A DNA stretch of 44,604 bases from a virus (IMGVR_UViG_3300019876_000002:1-44604), one strand, 5' to 3'; shown: positions 1 through 8,932, counted from the stretch's first letter. Numbers and translations are program-made. The notes: generated from the letters alone by a model not told the origin.

Positions 1-28
1 CGCTATCCCCTGTCCCTTAGGGTATCGG

Positions 29-55
29 CTAAGTGCTTGAAAATGAACGAGTTAG
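29..55. promoter_or_regulatory. IHF-like binding site (left copy)
   Basis: Bottom strand reads TTTCAA-GCAC-TTA and top strand AATGAA-CGAG-TTA; each is one mismatch from the IHF consensus WATCAA-N4-TTR. Mirrored at 44432-44456. Confidence 0.5.
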
Positions 56-66
56 GCCGAAACCGG

Positions 67-132
67 AGTAAGGAACTAGTATAGATTAGGTATAGAAGTA
101 GTCGGGATTTAGTAGGTTTTCAGTAAGTCAAA
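67..132 (+). repeat. Six degenerate 11-bp tandem repeats (AGTA core)
   Basis: Units start at 67, 78, 89, 100, 111 and 122: agtaaggaact, agtatagatta, ggtatagaagt, agtcgggattt, agtaggttttc, agtaagtcaaa. Confidence 0.65.
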
Positions 133-197
133 CTAATGATTATTGATTTAATATAGCAATAGTATTATAACTATTTCGAGAGTTATGGCTAATAATA

Positions 198-217
198 GTG
201 TCCACTTTATAGGACAG
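198..217. promoter_or_regulatory. Palindromic operator-like site, copy 1
   Basis: GTGTCC-actttata-GGACAG. Confidence 0.6.
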
Positions 218-284
218 TCATAGAAATCGGCTCTGAGGCTGACTAATATCAACCAAATAGCGAATCTGACCACAATAGGTTGTG

Positions 285-304
285 GTGTCCACTTTTGATG
301 ACAC
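285..304. promoter_or_regulatory. Palindromic operator-like site, copy 2
   Basis: GTGTCC-acttttga-TGACAC followed by ATAATATT. Confidence 0.6.
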
Positions 305-359
305 ATAATATTGTGGTTCTGATTACGGAACGGGTTTTGCATTTGAATCCTGTAGGGAG

Positions 360-379
360 AAGTCTCAAATTTAGGACAC
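360..379. promoter_or_regulatory. Palindromic operator-like site, copy 3 (degenerate left half)
   Basis: AAGTCT-caaattta-GGACAC followed by ATAATATT. Confidence 0.5.
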
Positions 380-387
380 ATAATATT

Positions 388-615
388 ATGAACTACACAA
401 AATCAATGGAAACAATTAACACAACTAATCCGGTAAAATCCACACAAGTATATTGGTGTAATGTGTGCGATGATAATCAGGTTCACAGTGATAAGCCTGA
501 GACTGGAAAGTTTTATCAGGTTTTTGGTCATGAGTTCCATACGGGAGATTACACGTCTGTATTCTTTGCAGTATGCTCTACTTGTGATGTAATGAAATCA
601 CTAAAGGTGAAATAA
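388..615 (+). CDS. Small zinc-ribbon protein
   Basis: CNVC...CSTC. ATG at 388 (or 406) preferred over the track start at 280 because the upstream part is the operator region. TAATG coupling to the next gene. Confidence 0.6.
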   Translation: MNYTKSMETINTTNPVKSTQVYWCNVCDDNQVHSDKPETGKFYQVFGHEFHTGDYTSVFFAVCSTCDVMKSLKVK

Positions 616-1358
616 TGAATCATTCATTCCATCCAAGTTTAACTGACGCGCTTAAATGTGCCCACTGTAAATTCCCTGAAATTCAGCATGGCTCATCAGC
701 CGTATGCGAAACGTGTAATAATGTAGCGTCAGTCGATATCGTATATGGTAATATGCTTATGTGTAAGGACTGTCAAGATAAGGAGTCTAAAGCATATGCA
801 GAATCGATGAAACCTGAAAATCAACAGAAACGAGTAGATGCACATAACTTAGCATTAGAATCGTCACGTAAGGTAGATGCATCTATTCAGGTTAGAACAG
901 ACCTATTTAATGCTGCCACTACATCAATCGTCGAATTATGTCAGATGATTGATAATGATTCAACAATCGAAAATAAACCATACGCGAAAGCCTTAGAATT
1001 AAAGACTAGATTCGATAAGTTTCAGGCTGTAATATTCAAGGCTAATGAAGAAATTGTAGACGCGAATAATAATCAGAAAGCTATTCAAGTCTATCTAAAT
1101 CAATTAGCTAACACATTACGTGCTGAAGAACGTGAAAAGTTAAAGATAGCAGATATCAATTATAGGCCGGTCGCGGTCAAGCAAGTTAGTCCTGCCAAGA
1201 TTAAACCAAAGAAATTAGATAAAGCATTAGTCCGTAAGGCTGCCGCGGATTTAGGAATTACTGAATTTGTTATGACTCAGTTTATTCTTATGTCGGGCGG
1301 TGATTTAGATAAAGCTGTCGAAAAACTCAAGAAATCTATTGCGGCTGCTAAATCTTAA
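615..1358 (+). CDS. Zinc-finger plus coiled-coil hypothetical protein
   Basis: CAHC..H, CETC, CKDC, then a long helical region and a basic C-terminus. Confidence 0.75.
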   Translation: MNHSFHPSLTDALKCAHCKFPEIQHGSSAVCETCNNVASVDIVYGNMLMCKDCQDKESKAYAESMKPENQQKRVDAHNLALESSRKVDASIQVRTDLFNAATTSIVELCQMIDNDSTIENKPYAKALELKTRFDKFQAVIFKANEEIVDANNNQKAIQVYLNQLANTLRAEEREKLKIADINYRPVAVKQVSPAKIKPKKLDKALVRKAAADLGITEFVMTQFILMSGGDLDKAVEKLKKSIAAAKS

Positions 1359-1379
1359 TTCAGTAAATAGTTAATTAAA

Positions 1380-3182
1380 ATGATTACTCAATTAAAAGAT
1401 AATTGTCCGACGTGTGGCAAGGTCGCTAAGGAACTATTTGTTACTAATACTGTCAATAAAAATGGTGAGAGTGTTAGACTAATTACACTCGAATGCTTCC
1501 ATGTATTTATTAAGGTAATTCCGAAAGCTACGCCATATGAAACTATGGTTAGCAATGATTGGAAGCCTGAAATTAAATCATGTAAACATCAATGGACTAA
1601 AAATCAATGTGATTTATGTGGTGAATTTAAGTTATTCGATTTTCAAGTTAAAGGCGCACATTTCATCGAAGCTTGTCTTTCGGCTCAGAAAGGTAGTGGA
1701 TTATTCGATGATATGGGATTGGGTAAGACAGTCCAAGGTTTAGCCGTAATTAAATATCATTGGAAGTCTTATACTCCGACACTTTACGTAGTTAAGTCTG
1801 CATTAACATATCAGTGGCTGTCGCAAATTTTAAGATGGTTAGGTCCAGATTTTCTAGGTCAGATTATTAAGACCGGCCGCGATTCAATTCTGCCCGGATT
1901 AAAGACATACATTATCTCCTATGATTTATTGAAGAAAATTAAACGTGAAAAGATAGCCGCACTTGGATTGAAGTTAGTAATATTAGATGAATGCCAACAG
2001 ATTAAGAATCCTGATTCAACACGAACGCAAGAAGTTAGAATATTAGTTGGCGACGAAAAAATTAAAGTATTAGGAATAAGTGGAACGCCTTGGAAAAATC
2101 GAGGTAGTGAATTTTTCCCAATTCTTAATATCATTGCTCCATCTAAGTTCTGGTCCTATCAGCATTTCATTGATAATTGGGTTGATTTCTATTATCATGG
2201 AAATAAAGAAAAGATGGGTGGAATTAAGAATGTTGAGCGATTTCGCACCTACACATCAGACATCCTTATTAGGCGTGAATACAACGAAGTAATGGACGAA
2301 TTTCCTGATATTAACAGGATGAAGTTACCTGTTAAATTAGATGATTTAAGTCAATCAGCTTACGATGAATCAGTTTCAGAATTTATCGCGTGGTATAATG
2401 AAGCTGTTATTAGTGGAGAAGAAGATAATCTAAATAGTATGCATATCTTAGCTAAGATGTCTAAGATGCGTCATATTACTGGATTAGCTAAAATTCCGGC
2501 CACACTTGGATTTATTGAAACATTCGTCGAAGATACTACACGTAAACTAGTAGTATTTGTGCATCACGTCGATGTCGGTCAATTAATGATATCGGCATTA
2601 ACCAATTGTGACAAAATCACAAATCCTGATTGGTATGAGTTAGCAGAATATTTAAAAGATAACGGAATTAAAGTAATGAAACTCACATCTGAGTTTTCAG
2701 ATGGTGAGAGATATACTATCAGTGAACAATTTAACTCCTGTAATAGAGTAATTATGATTGCCTCAACTATTGCAGCCGGCGAAGGTGTTAACTTACAGAC
2801 GTGTTACGATAGTATTCTGCATGAGAGACAATGGAACTCACAGAATGAGGACCAAGCCACACCTGGAAGATTTCGTAGAATTGGCCAAACTTCTAGTGTT
2901 ATTAACATTACTTACCCCGAAGGCGAAGGAACAATTGACCAAGACTTAGATTATATTGTGGAAACTAAACGTAGAAACTTCCACAATAGTATGAATAAAT
3001 CGGTCGCGCCTGTATGGAATGATTCTGATATTGGTAGAGAATTGGCCGATATGATTGTTGCTAAGCATAAAGCTAAGGGTAAAGGCGGTTCTGCTATTAA
3101 ATCTAGTATGGCATCAATGAAACCCAAACTACTGCCGAAGAATAATGACATTCTCACGGCACTATTAAATCTAGGAGAATAA
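1380..3182 (+). CDS. SNF2-family (HARP-like) SF2 helicase/ATPase with N-terminal Cys/His zinc motifs
   Basis: Q motif FQ, Walker A DDMGLGKT, Walker B ILDECQ, motif III SGTP, GEGVNLQ, motif VI GRFRRIGQ. Confidence 0.92.
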   Translation: MITQLKDNCPTCGKVAKELFVTNTVNKNGESVRLITLECFHVFIKVIPKATPYETMVSNDWKPEIKSCKHQWTKNQCDLCGEFKLFDFQVKGAHFIEACLSAQKGSGLFDDMGLGKTVQGLAVIKYHWKSYTPTLYVVKSALTYQWLSQILRWLGPDFLGQIIKTGRDSILPGLKTYIISYDLLKKIKREKIAALGLKLVILDECQQIKNPDSTRTQEVRILVGDEKIKVLGISGTPWKNRGSEFFPILNIIAPSKFWSYQHFIDNWVDFYYHGNKEKMGGIKNVERFRTYTSDILIRREYNEVMDEFPDINRMKLPVKLDDLSQSAYDESVSEFIAWYNEAVISGEEDNLNSMHILAKMSKMRHITGLAKIPATLGFIETFVEDTTRKLVVFVHHVDVGQLMISALTNCDKITNPDWYELAEYLKDNGIKVMKLTSEFSDGERYTISEQFNSCNRVIMIASTIAAGEGVNLQTCYDSILHERQWNSQNEDQATPGRFRRIGQTSSVINITYPEGEGTIDQDLDYIVETKRRNFHNSMNKSVAPVWNDSDIGRELADMIVAKHKAKGKGGSAIKSSMASMKPKLLPKNNDILTALLNLGE

Positions 3183-3183
3183 A

Positions 3184-3396
3184 ATGGTTGATATTGTTTT
3201 CGATAATAATTCTGATGTCGTGACCGTTAATGGTATGACATTCAAGATGAATAAACAATTCGCTACTATGCATAACATTGAGAAATTGGTATTAGAATTG
3301 TTGAATGAAATTGTCACTCACAATAATGATAAAACTATCAATGTTCGAGTAAGTAGAATTGATGAAGATACACATCAGACAATCGAGGAATATTAA
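3184..3396 (+). CDS. Hypothetical protein
   Basis: AGGAG RBS; tightly packed with neighbours. Confidence 0.7.
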   Translation: MVDIVFDNNSDVVTVNGMTFKMNKQFATMHNIEKLVLELLNEIVTHNNDKTINVRVSRIDEDTHQTIEEY

Positions 3397-3587
3397 TGTT
3401 ACGACTAATGTGTCAAGCTAGTATCGGCGGACATAATCATTCCTTTCGCGCGAGAAAACAACATAAATACTGTCGCGCCTGCTATAAAACTCAATTTGGT
3501 AGTAATAGACCAATAGACGGACGAAAGAAAGTAATTAGACCTAAACGTCAAAAGAAAGAAGCTAATACACAAACTAAGAAAAGGTAA
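3396..3587 (+). CDS. Small basic Cys/His protein
   Basis: C..GH.H..CRAC and a Lys/Arg tail; TAATG coupling. Confidence 0.6.
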   Translation: MLRLMCQASIGGHNHSFRARKQHKYCRACYKTQFGSNRPIDGRKKVIRPKRQKKEANTQTKKR

Positions 3588-3590
3588 ATA

Positions 3591-3848
3591 ATGATTATTC
3601 AACCTAGAGGATTTCAGCGGGAATCCCAATCTGCCACTATGATGATAGAAATTAAGAAAAGGATTGAACATATTGCGATAAGACATAACTGTAGTAAATC
3701 ATTCGTCATTGCAACTATTCTCGCTGATGCATTTAACATTAAAGGACAACCTAACTATGCAACCTACAAACCTAAGAAATCAACTACTCATTCTGGGCGC
3801 ACAAGCAAGATTAGTAAGTTTGAACAAAGAAAGAAACGAGCTTCTTAA
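3591..3848 (+). CDS. Ribbon-helix-helix type DNA-binding protein
   Basis: Strand followed by IKKRIEHIAIRHNCSKSFVIATILADAF, the usual RHH helix-turn-S-helix pattern. Confidence 0.6.
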   Translation: MIIQPRGFQRESQSATMMIEIKKRIEHIAIRHNCSKSFVIATILADAFNIKGQPNYATYKPKKSTTHSGRTSKISKFEQRKKRAS

Positions 3849-4008
3849 GATTCTGAATCAGACAGATAATAATGTTCATAAAGAAAAAGAAATTCTTAAA
3901 GATGTAAAAAGAAAACCATATAAAAGAAAAGGATTGCATTGGACTCAGAAGCCTGAGAATAGAGCTAAGATGCTCAAACAAATTAGAAAGGCTAATAAGG
4001 CAAGGTAA
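3757..4008 (+). CDS. Basic coiled-coil, nucleoid-associated-like protein
   Basis: AAAGGA RBS before ATG 3757. N-terminal helix LGAQARLVSLNKE; basic tail with HWTQKPENR. Confidence 0.6.
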   Translation: MQPTNLRNQLLILGAQARLVSLNKERNELLKILNQTDNNVHKEKEILKDVKRKPYKRKGLHWTQKPENRAKMLKQIRKANKAR

Positions 4009-4235
4009 TGGCAACAATCGATAGTAAACCGATGATTGACAATCTTATTGCTAACAATGGGTATTTTGAAGATGACCCACAAGTATATATGATTGTTGAA
4101 TACACTAACTCATATGGTGCTATAACCTATGGAGTAACTTGGGTTAATGAACCTGCTAATAGACGAAATAGATATTTAGATGAGACTGAATACGTTCGCA
4201 GTCCGAAAGTTATTTGGCATTCTGAGTCTAAGTAA
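4008..4235 (+). CDS. Hypothetical protein
   Basis: Coupled ORF with phage-like codon usage. Confidence 0.7.
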   Translation: MATIDSKPMIDNLIANNGYFEDDPQVYMIVEYTNSYGAITYGVTWVNEPANRRNRYLDETEYVRSPKVIWHSESK

Positions 4236-4472
4236 TTGGCTAACATTACTTTTGGTAAAGTTGATATAGAGAATGCCAAAAGTAAAATAGGTGTCTATAA
4301 ATCATTAACTAAAGAATTACAAGTTAATGTTCCTAAAACTATTACGGTCGCCATTGAAGAAGTAGTAGAATCAGCATTTAGACAATGGTGTCGTAGACAT
4401 AAAGGACATACACCAGCTTTAGAACAGAAAGCTTGGAATGAATTCATTAAGATATTTAGGAAACATTTATGA
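4236..4472 (+). CDS. Hypothetical protein
   Basis: TTG start directly after the upstream stop. Confidence 0.6.
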   Translation: MANITFGKVDIENAKSKIGVYKSLTKELQVNVPKTITVAIEEVVESAFRQWCRRHKGHTPALEQKAWNEFIKIFRKHL

Positions 4473-4657
4473 TGACTGTTAAAGAACTAGCTAGATTATT
4501 AAATGAATGTGATGAGGATGTTCAGAATTATACTGTGCATCTAATAACTGAATCAGTCATTAACAAACAACTTAAAATTTCACTTAAAACAAAATTAATT
4601 GAGGTATTAGAAAATGTTGATGTAGAACGTGAGATATTATTTCTAAGAGGCCAGTAA
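4469..4657 (+). CDS. Hypothetical protein (MTVKEL-type small phage protein)
   Basis: ATGA overlap with the upstream gene. Confidence 0.65.
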   Translation: MMTVKELARLLNECDEDVQNYTVHLITESVINKQLKISLKTKLIEVLENVDVEREILFLRGQ

Positions 4658-4908
4658 TGATGAGGGAATTAATACTCTCAATAGTTAAGGCCCATCAGGG
4701 ATTAAAAGGGACTGAATTAGTACTTATACTTATGGGTGATTATGGTCCTGTTACATTTCCAGAAAAGGAATATATTACAGAATTAAATAAACTAATTAGA
4801 GATAAGGATATTGTAGAATGGTCTTACTTGACACCTGGAATAAGCGGGGAACGTTCAATGTATTTCCCTAAAGGAACTAAATTGATTAGAATGAATATGG
4901 TGAGATGA
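4657..4908 (+). CDS. Possible winged-helix protein
   Basis: Helix-helix-helix then beta hairpin pattern (ELNKLIRDKDIVE...MYFPKG). Confidence 0.5.
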   Translation: MMRELILSIVKAHQGLKGTELVLILMGDYGPVTFPEKEYITELNKLIRDKDIVEWSYLTPGISGERSMYFPKGTKLIRMNMVR

Positions 4909-5120
4909 TGACACTTCATGACAAATTAGTGGAAATTATGAAAAAGATAATGGCCGAAGATGGCAACATTAAGATTACTGGTCATCCTGATGGATTATAT
5001 CTTATTAGAACTTATGATACTCCTACAGGAAAAGGTCAATCTAAACTATTTCTACTACATGATGAATGTAAATTTTTGATAAATCAATTTCATCGTATCT
5101 ATATGACTGAGGACAAATGA
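4905..5120 (+). CDS. Hypothetical protein
   Basis: ATGA overlaps on both sides. Confidence 0.65.
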   Translation: MMTLHDKLVEIMKKIMAEDGNIKITGHPDGLYLIRTYDTPTGKGQSKLFLLHDECKFLINQFHRIYMTEDK

Positions 5121-6100
5121 CTGACCATTCAATCGAAGTTGAAACAAATGTATCCAATGGTAAAAGAAATATCGTATTGGATGCAACAGTTCTAACATCT
5201 TTAATGAATTGCCCACGATTCGCCGATTTAAGATTTAATCTTCGGCTTGAGTCAATTCAGGGTAAATCTAATTCATTAGAGTGCGGGTCAATTGTCCATA
5301 AGTTCCTCGAAGTCTATTACAGACAGATTATTGGTGGGATGAATAGGAATAATGCATTCGGCTTTGGTATTACGGCCGCACAACTTTATATTCAGGGTTG
5401 TCCAGGATGCATGAATTTTGTTCCATCTGAGGAATTAAAGAAACCTATATGTGGACATCAACCAATGGAATATCCTGGTGTAGTTAATACACATAAGGAC
5501 TCCGAGAAAACTTATGATATTGGTTGGGCATGGGTATTAGATACTTGTGACCAATATCATAGTCATTATCGTGCAGACCATTGGGTTCCACTCGCGACTG
5601 AGATAGTTAAATCAAAGATTATGTATGAGGATGATGAAATTCGTATCCTCTTCAAGTCCAAAATTGATTTATTAGCCGACACTAATCAAGGTATTTATTC
5701 GGTTGACCATAAAACGATGAAACAACGTCGTGATAATGTTGATTTGAATAATCAATTTATAGGTCAGGCCCTAAATACTGATATGCGAGGTGTATTCATT
5801 AATAAGATTGGATTTCAAAAAACACTGAAACCTGAAGAAAAGTTCACTCGTTCTATTATTCCATATTCAGCCGCGCGTCTATTGGAATGGCAGGGTGAAA
5901 TTCTACCATATTATGCCAAATTACTTCTAATGTATGCCGAAACTGGATACTTCCCACCTAATTTCACTAATTGTGAAAGTAAATACGGTAACTGTGTATT
6001 CATGAAGGTATGTCAATCAGACCCAATTATGCGTGAAGAGGAATTAAAACTCTATTTCAAAGTTGGGCCTGAATGGAATCCAACTAATGAGGATGAATAA
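5117..6100 (+). CDS. Cas4/AddB-like PD-(D/E)xK exonuclease with a probable 4Fe-4S cluster
   Basis: N-terminal CPR, GSIVH, E, KIDL, VDHKT, Q, and C-terminal C-x6-C-x5-C. Confidence 0.88.
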   Translation: MTDHSIEVETNVSNGKRNIVLDATVLTSLMNCPRFADLRFNLRLESIQGKSNSLECGSIVHKFLEVYYRQIIGGMNRNNAFGFGITAAQLYIQGCPGCMNFVPSEELKKPICGHQPMEYPGVVNTHKDSEKTYDIGWAWVLDTCDQYHSHYRADHWVPLATEIVKSKIMYEDDEIRILFKSKIDLLADTNQGIYSVDHKTMKQRRDNVDLNNQFIGQALNTDMRGVFINKIGFQKTLKPEEKFTRSIIPYSAARLLEWQGEILPYYAKLLLMYAETGYFPPNFTNCESKYGNCVFMKVCQSDPIMREEELKLYFKVGPEWNPTNEDE

Positions 6101-6393
6101 TGAAAACACAATTAGATGGTCATATTGAATTACTGACTAAATTAAGAAAACAAATGATAAAACCTGATAATGAAATGCTGATACGTAATCCAGAACATCA
6201 TGCATTTCTTATTGAATATATTGATGAAATTCTAGCTAATCCTGATAGGTTAGGTCCATTCATGTCATTAGCACATATAATTATTGCCACTAATCCAGAA
6301 ATGTTTATTAATGTTATGATGAATGTGATGCACAAACATGAGCAAAAGATTCGAGATTCAGGCGAAGTTCGGAAAAACGTGGATAATAATTGA
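6100..6393 (+). CDS. Hypothetical helical protein
   Basis: TAATG coupling; GAGG RBS. Confidence 0.65.
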   Translation: MKTQLDGHIELLTKLRKQMIKPDNEMLIRNPEHHAFLIEYIDEILANPDRLGPFMSLAHIIIATNPEMFINVMMNVMHKHEQKIRDSGEVRKNVDNN

Positions 6394-6508
6394 TTCAGAA
6401 GAACGATTAACGGACGCGCTTCATTATGTTCGTGAAAAGTCTGGTGAATCATATCCAATGCGAATCGTTCGAGTCGAGAAAACTATAGTATTTGGTGAAG
6501 GGAAGTAA
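6338..6508 (+). CDS. Small hypothetical protein (56 aa, not in ORF track)
   Basis: MSKRFEIQAKFGKTWIIIDSEERLTDALHYVREKSGESYPMRIVRVEKTIVFGEGK; its stop overlaps the next ATG. Confidence 0.65.
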   Translation: MSKRFEIQAKFGKTWIIIDSEERLTDALHYVREKSGESYPMRIVRVEKTIVFGEGK

Positions 6509-6798
6509 TGCCTAAGAATCCTAATCACGTTCATAGATATACTCTTAAGAAATTAGGAGATAACTATCAGGTCTATGCGTGTAATAAACCGACATGCACA
6601 CACTATATTTCTATTACATTAGCTGAGGGTAAACTATGTGAATGTAATCGTTGTGAAGGATTAATGATTATTTCTAAACACACACTTTTTGGCAGTCGCG
6701 GTAAGGCTATGGTTAAGCCTCATTGTTTAGAATGCACAAAAACTAGGAAAATAGTGCCCGACTTTACTCAGTTATTAGATGAGAAGGGTGTTAAATAA
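6508..6798 (+). CDS. Cys/His-rich zinc-binding protein
   Basis: HVH, C-x4-C, CNRC, CLEC. Confidence 0.75.
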   Translation: MPKNPNHVHRYTLKKLGDNYQVYACNKPTCTHYISITLAEGKLCECNRCEGLMIISKHTLFGSRGKAMVKPHCLECTKTRKIVPDFTQLLDEKGVK

Positions 6799-6812
6799 TA
6801 TGGAGATAAGAT

Positions 6813-6932
6813 ATGAAATGCAAACATTGCCAGAAAAAGGAAGCAGTAATTTATAGTAATTTCTGTTCTAATTCTTGTAAGACTCAGTTTCATCAGCAAG
6901 TGGAGAAAAATGCCCAATCTGGAACAAGCTAA
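6813..6932 (+). CDS. Tiny zinc-finger protein (39 aa, not in ORF track)
   Basis: GGAG RBS; MKCKHC...FCSNSC. Confidence 0.6.
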   Translation: MKCKHCQKKEAVIYSNFCSNSCKTQFHQQVEKNAQSGTS

Positions 6933-7767
6933 TATCGATTACCTATTCACCATGTTTAAAGGTGAGCCAGGAACTCGAAAGTCAACGTGCGCGCTTTCAT
7001 ATCCATTACCTCAATATTGGATATCAACAGACCAGAAAATGGAAGCTTTAACATTACCTGGTAAACGTTGGGGAATTGATTTTAAGCAAGTTGAATATGA
7101 TGATTATCAGGATTGGGATAAGCCTCGCGCTAAGCTAGAACAACTTCAAGTTAATTGTAAATACAAAACTATCATTGTCGATTCAGTAACATCAATCGGT
7201 GATAATATGACTAAACAGGTAAGAAAAAATAAAAGGATGGACAATAGTGGTAAGATGATTGGTAATATTTCAGTATCTGGACTAGAAGAATATAACGCAG
7301 AATCGGCCGCCTTCCAAGAACTTACATCTCTACTCAAAGACATACATAAATTTCACAAAGTTAATATTATTCTCATTGCTCACGTTGTAGGTCAGCGTAA
7401 GAGTGATGATGCGAATAAATTAACTCATCATTCACGCGTCATTATTACTGGAGGCGATAAGATAGCAGGTAAGCTAGCCTCGTATATGACGGAAGCGTAT
7501 CATTTCAACATTGAACCGGGTTTTAATGCTGATGAAGATGGTAAGTTTGGATTGTATACTTCCCATACCGGGAATGATTACGCTCGCACATCATTACCAT
7601 TAGAAAGGAGAATAATCTTTAACAACGAACCTCTGTATGACAAGTGGATTCGTCCAGCCATTACAAAGTTGAAGAATGAAGTTCCAGTAGAACGTATTCC
7701 ACAACAAAACCTAACCATCGAAAAACCATCCCTCGAAAAACCAGTAAACCCCTTTAACGTAAAGTAG
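6910..7767 (+). CDS. Sak4-like / AAA_24 P-loop ATPase (recombination)
   Basis: Walker A GEPGTRKS, Walker B IIVDS, ILIAH; lies between the nuclease and the SSB. Confidence 0.85.
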   Translation: MPNLEQANIDYLFTMFKGEPGTRKSTCALSYPLPQYWISTDQKMEALTLPGKRWGIDFKQVEYDDYQDWDKPRAKLEQLQVNCKYKTIIVDSVTSIGDNMTKQVRKNKRMDNSGKMIGNISVSGLEEYNAESAAFQELTSLLKDIHKFHKVNIILIAHVVGQRKSDDANKLTHHSRVIITGGDKIAGKLASYMTEAYHFNIEPGFNADEDGKFGLYTSHTGNDYARTSLPLERRIIFNNEPLYDKWIRPAITKLKNEVPVERIPQQNLTIEKPSLEKPVNPFNVK

Positions 7768-7777
7768 GAGTTAACTA

Positions 7778-8197
7778 ATGGCTATTGTTCAATTTAGTGA
7801 CCGTGACATTCTTCGCGATAAGATTGTTGACCCAGGTTGGTATCGCGTAAAGATTGAAACGGTTGGGGAATCTGCCGCGAAAGATGCACCTGGTAAGACC
7901 CCATCAACTAACTACCCTGTCGAAGCTACTATTCTTTTCAATGGTGATACTGGTGATGTTACGTTCCGTAATGTCCCTGTGTCATGGAATTTCAACTCTA
8001 AGGCTGTCGGCTTTGCAGTTGGATATTTGAAAGCTTTCGGCATTGAAGTTAAAGCAGGTCAACGTTTTGACCTGAAAGCTTCTGAAAATCTCGAACTTGA
8101 TGTTTACGTGGAAAATGATACCTACAACAATCGTATCGTTAACCGTGTGAATCACAAGTATCGTCCTGCCAATAAGGAAGTTGTCGCTATCGGATAA
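7778..8197 (+). CDS. DUF669-like single-stranded DNA-binding protein
   Basis: PGWYRVKIETV and C-terminal YNNRIVNRV pattern; AGGAG RBS; synteny with Sak4. Confidence 0.75.
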   Translation: MAIVQFSDRDILRDKIVDPGWYRVKIETVGESAAKDAPGKTPSTNYPVEATILFNGDTGDVTFRNVPVSWNFNSKAVGFAVGYLKAFGIEVKAGQRFDLKASENLELDVYVENDTYNNRIVNRVNHKYRPANKEVVAIG

Positions 8198-8243
8198 TTT
8201 TCAAACTAACTGTAGAATAATTCAGTAACTAAGGAGAATGATT

Positions 8244-8399
8244 ATGGACCCTAAAGACCAGAATGATGAAGTAACAGATATGGATATTGATGATGAAGAT
8301 GATGAACTAGATGATGATGACGACGATGTCGAAGATGATAACGAAATCATCGAAGATACTGACGACAATAATCCTGAAGATAAACATCTAGACGTTTAA
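8244..8399 (+). CDS. Hyper-acidic 51-aa peptide (not in ORF track)
   Basis: AAGGAG RBS 7 nt upstream. MDPKDQNDEVTDMDIDDEDDELDDDDDDVEDDNEIIEDTDDNNPEDKHLDV; 29 of 51 residues are D/E. Confidence 0.75.
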   Translation: MDPKDQNDEVTDMDIDDEDDELDDDDDDVEDDNEIIEDTDDNNPEDKHLDV

Positions 8400-8409
8400 C
8401 ATTCACGAG

Positions 8410-8597
8410 GCAATCGGAAAAATACCTTGGTCGTTAATACTCTTAAGTATATTAATGACCCCGTAACATGCCAAAGTGGGGCCAAAAGATTGTAGTAGTG
8501 ATAGGGAGTCCATACAACGTATCCTAGTGACGTATAAATGTATGGACTCCCGCCCTTTATTATAAATATGGCTAGGAAGTAGCCCTTAAACTTCTAA
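8410..8597 (+). ncRNA. Structured intergenic RNA candidate
   Basis: Stems 8429-8438/8451-8460 and 8504-8516/8539-8551 (13 bp perfect), plus 8570-8584 with a possible pseudoknot. Confidence 0.4.
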
Positions 8598-8626
8598 ATC
8601 ACTCACTCATTAACCGGAGAAACTAG

Positions 8627-8932
8627 ATGACTAAAATTGCTGATTTCCTTCGCGGTGAAGAACCTACTCCTGATACCGATAAAACAGAAGTATCAGAAGA
8701 GAAACGTATCATTGGTAAGGTTACGAAAGTAGACCCAAAAGGTTGGGGATTTATTTCCTCGAAGGATATTCCTTTTACTAGAGTGTTTTTTCATTGGACT
8801 TCACTTCTACAGAATACTCTGAATTTCACTGAATTGAAAAAGGGTATGATGGTAGAATTTATCCCAACTAAAGATGAAGAAAAAGGCACTAGGGCCATTA
8901 AGATTAAAGTACTTCCGTCTACTGATAAGTAA
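8627..8932 (+). CDS. Cold-shock domain protein
   Basis: RNP1 KGWGFI, RNP2 VFFHW, G..VEF, KGTRA; GGAG RBS. Confidence 0.9.
   Translation: MTKIADFLRGEEPTPDTDKTEVSEEKRIIGKVTKVDPKGWGFISSKDIPFTRVFFHWTSLLQNTLNFTELKKGMMVEFIPTKDEEKGTRAIKIKVLPSTDK

Noticed and set aside
67-132. CRISPR or mini-array interpretation of the short repeats, given the Cas4-like gene
   Set aside because: The units are contiguous 11-mers without spacers. The nuclease sits in a Sak4-SSB recombination module, and there are no other cas genes.
6470-6490. GTTCGAGTC resembling a tRNA T-loop
   Set aside because: No acceptor or anticodon stem can be formed, and it lies in the coupled ORF 6338-6508.
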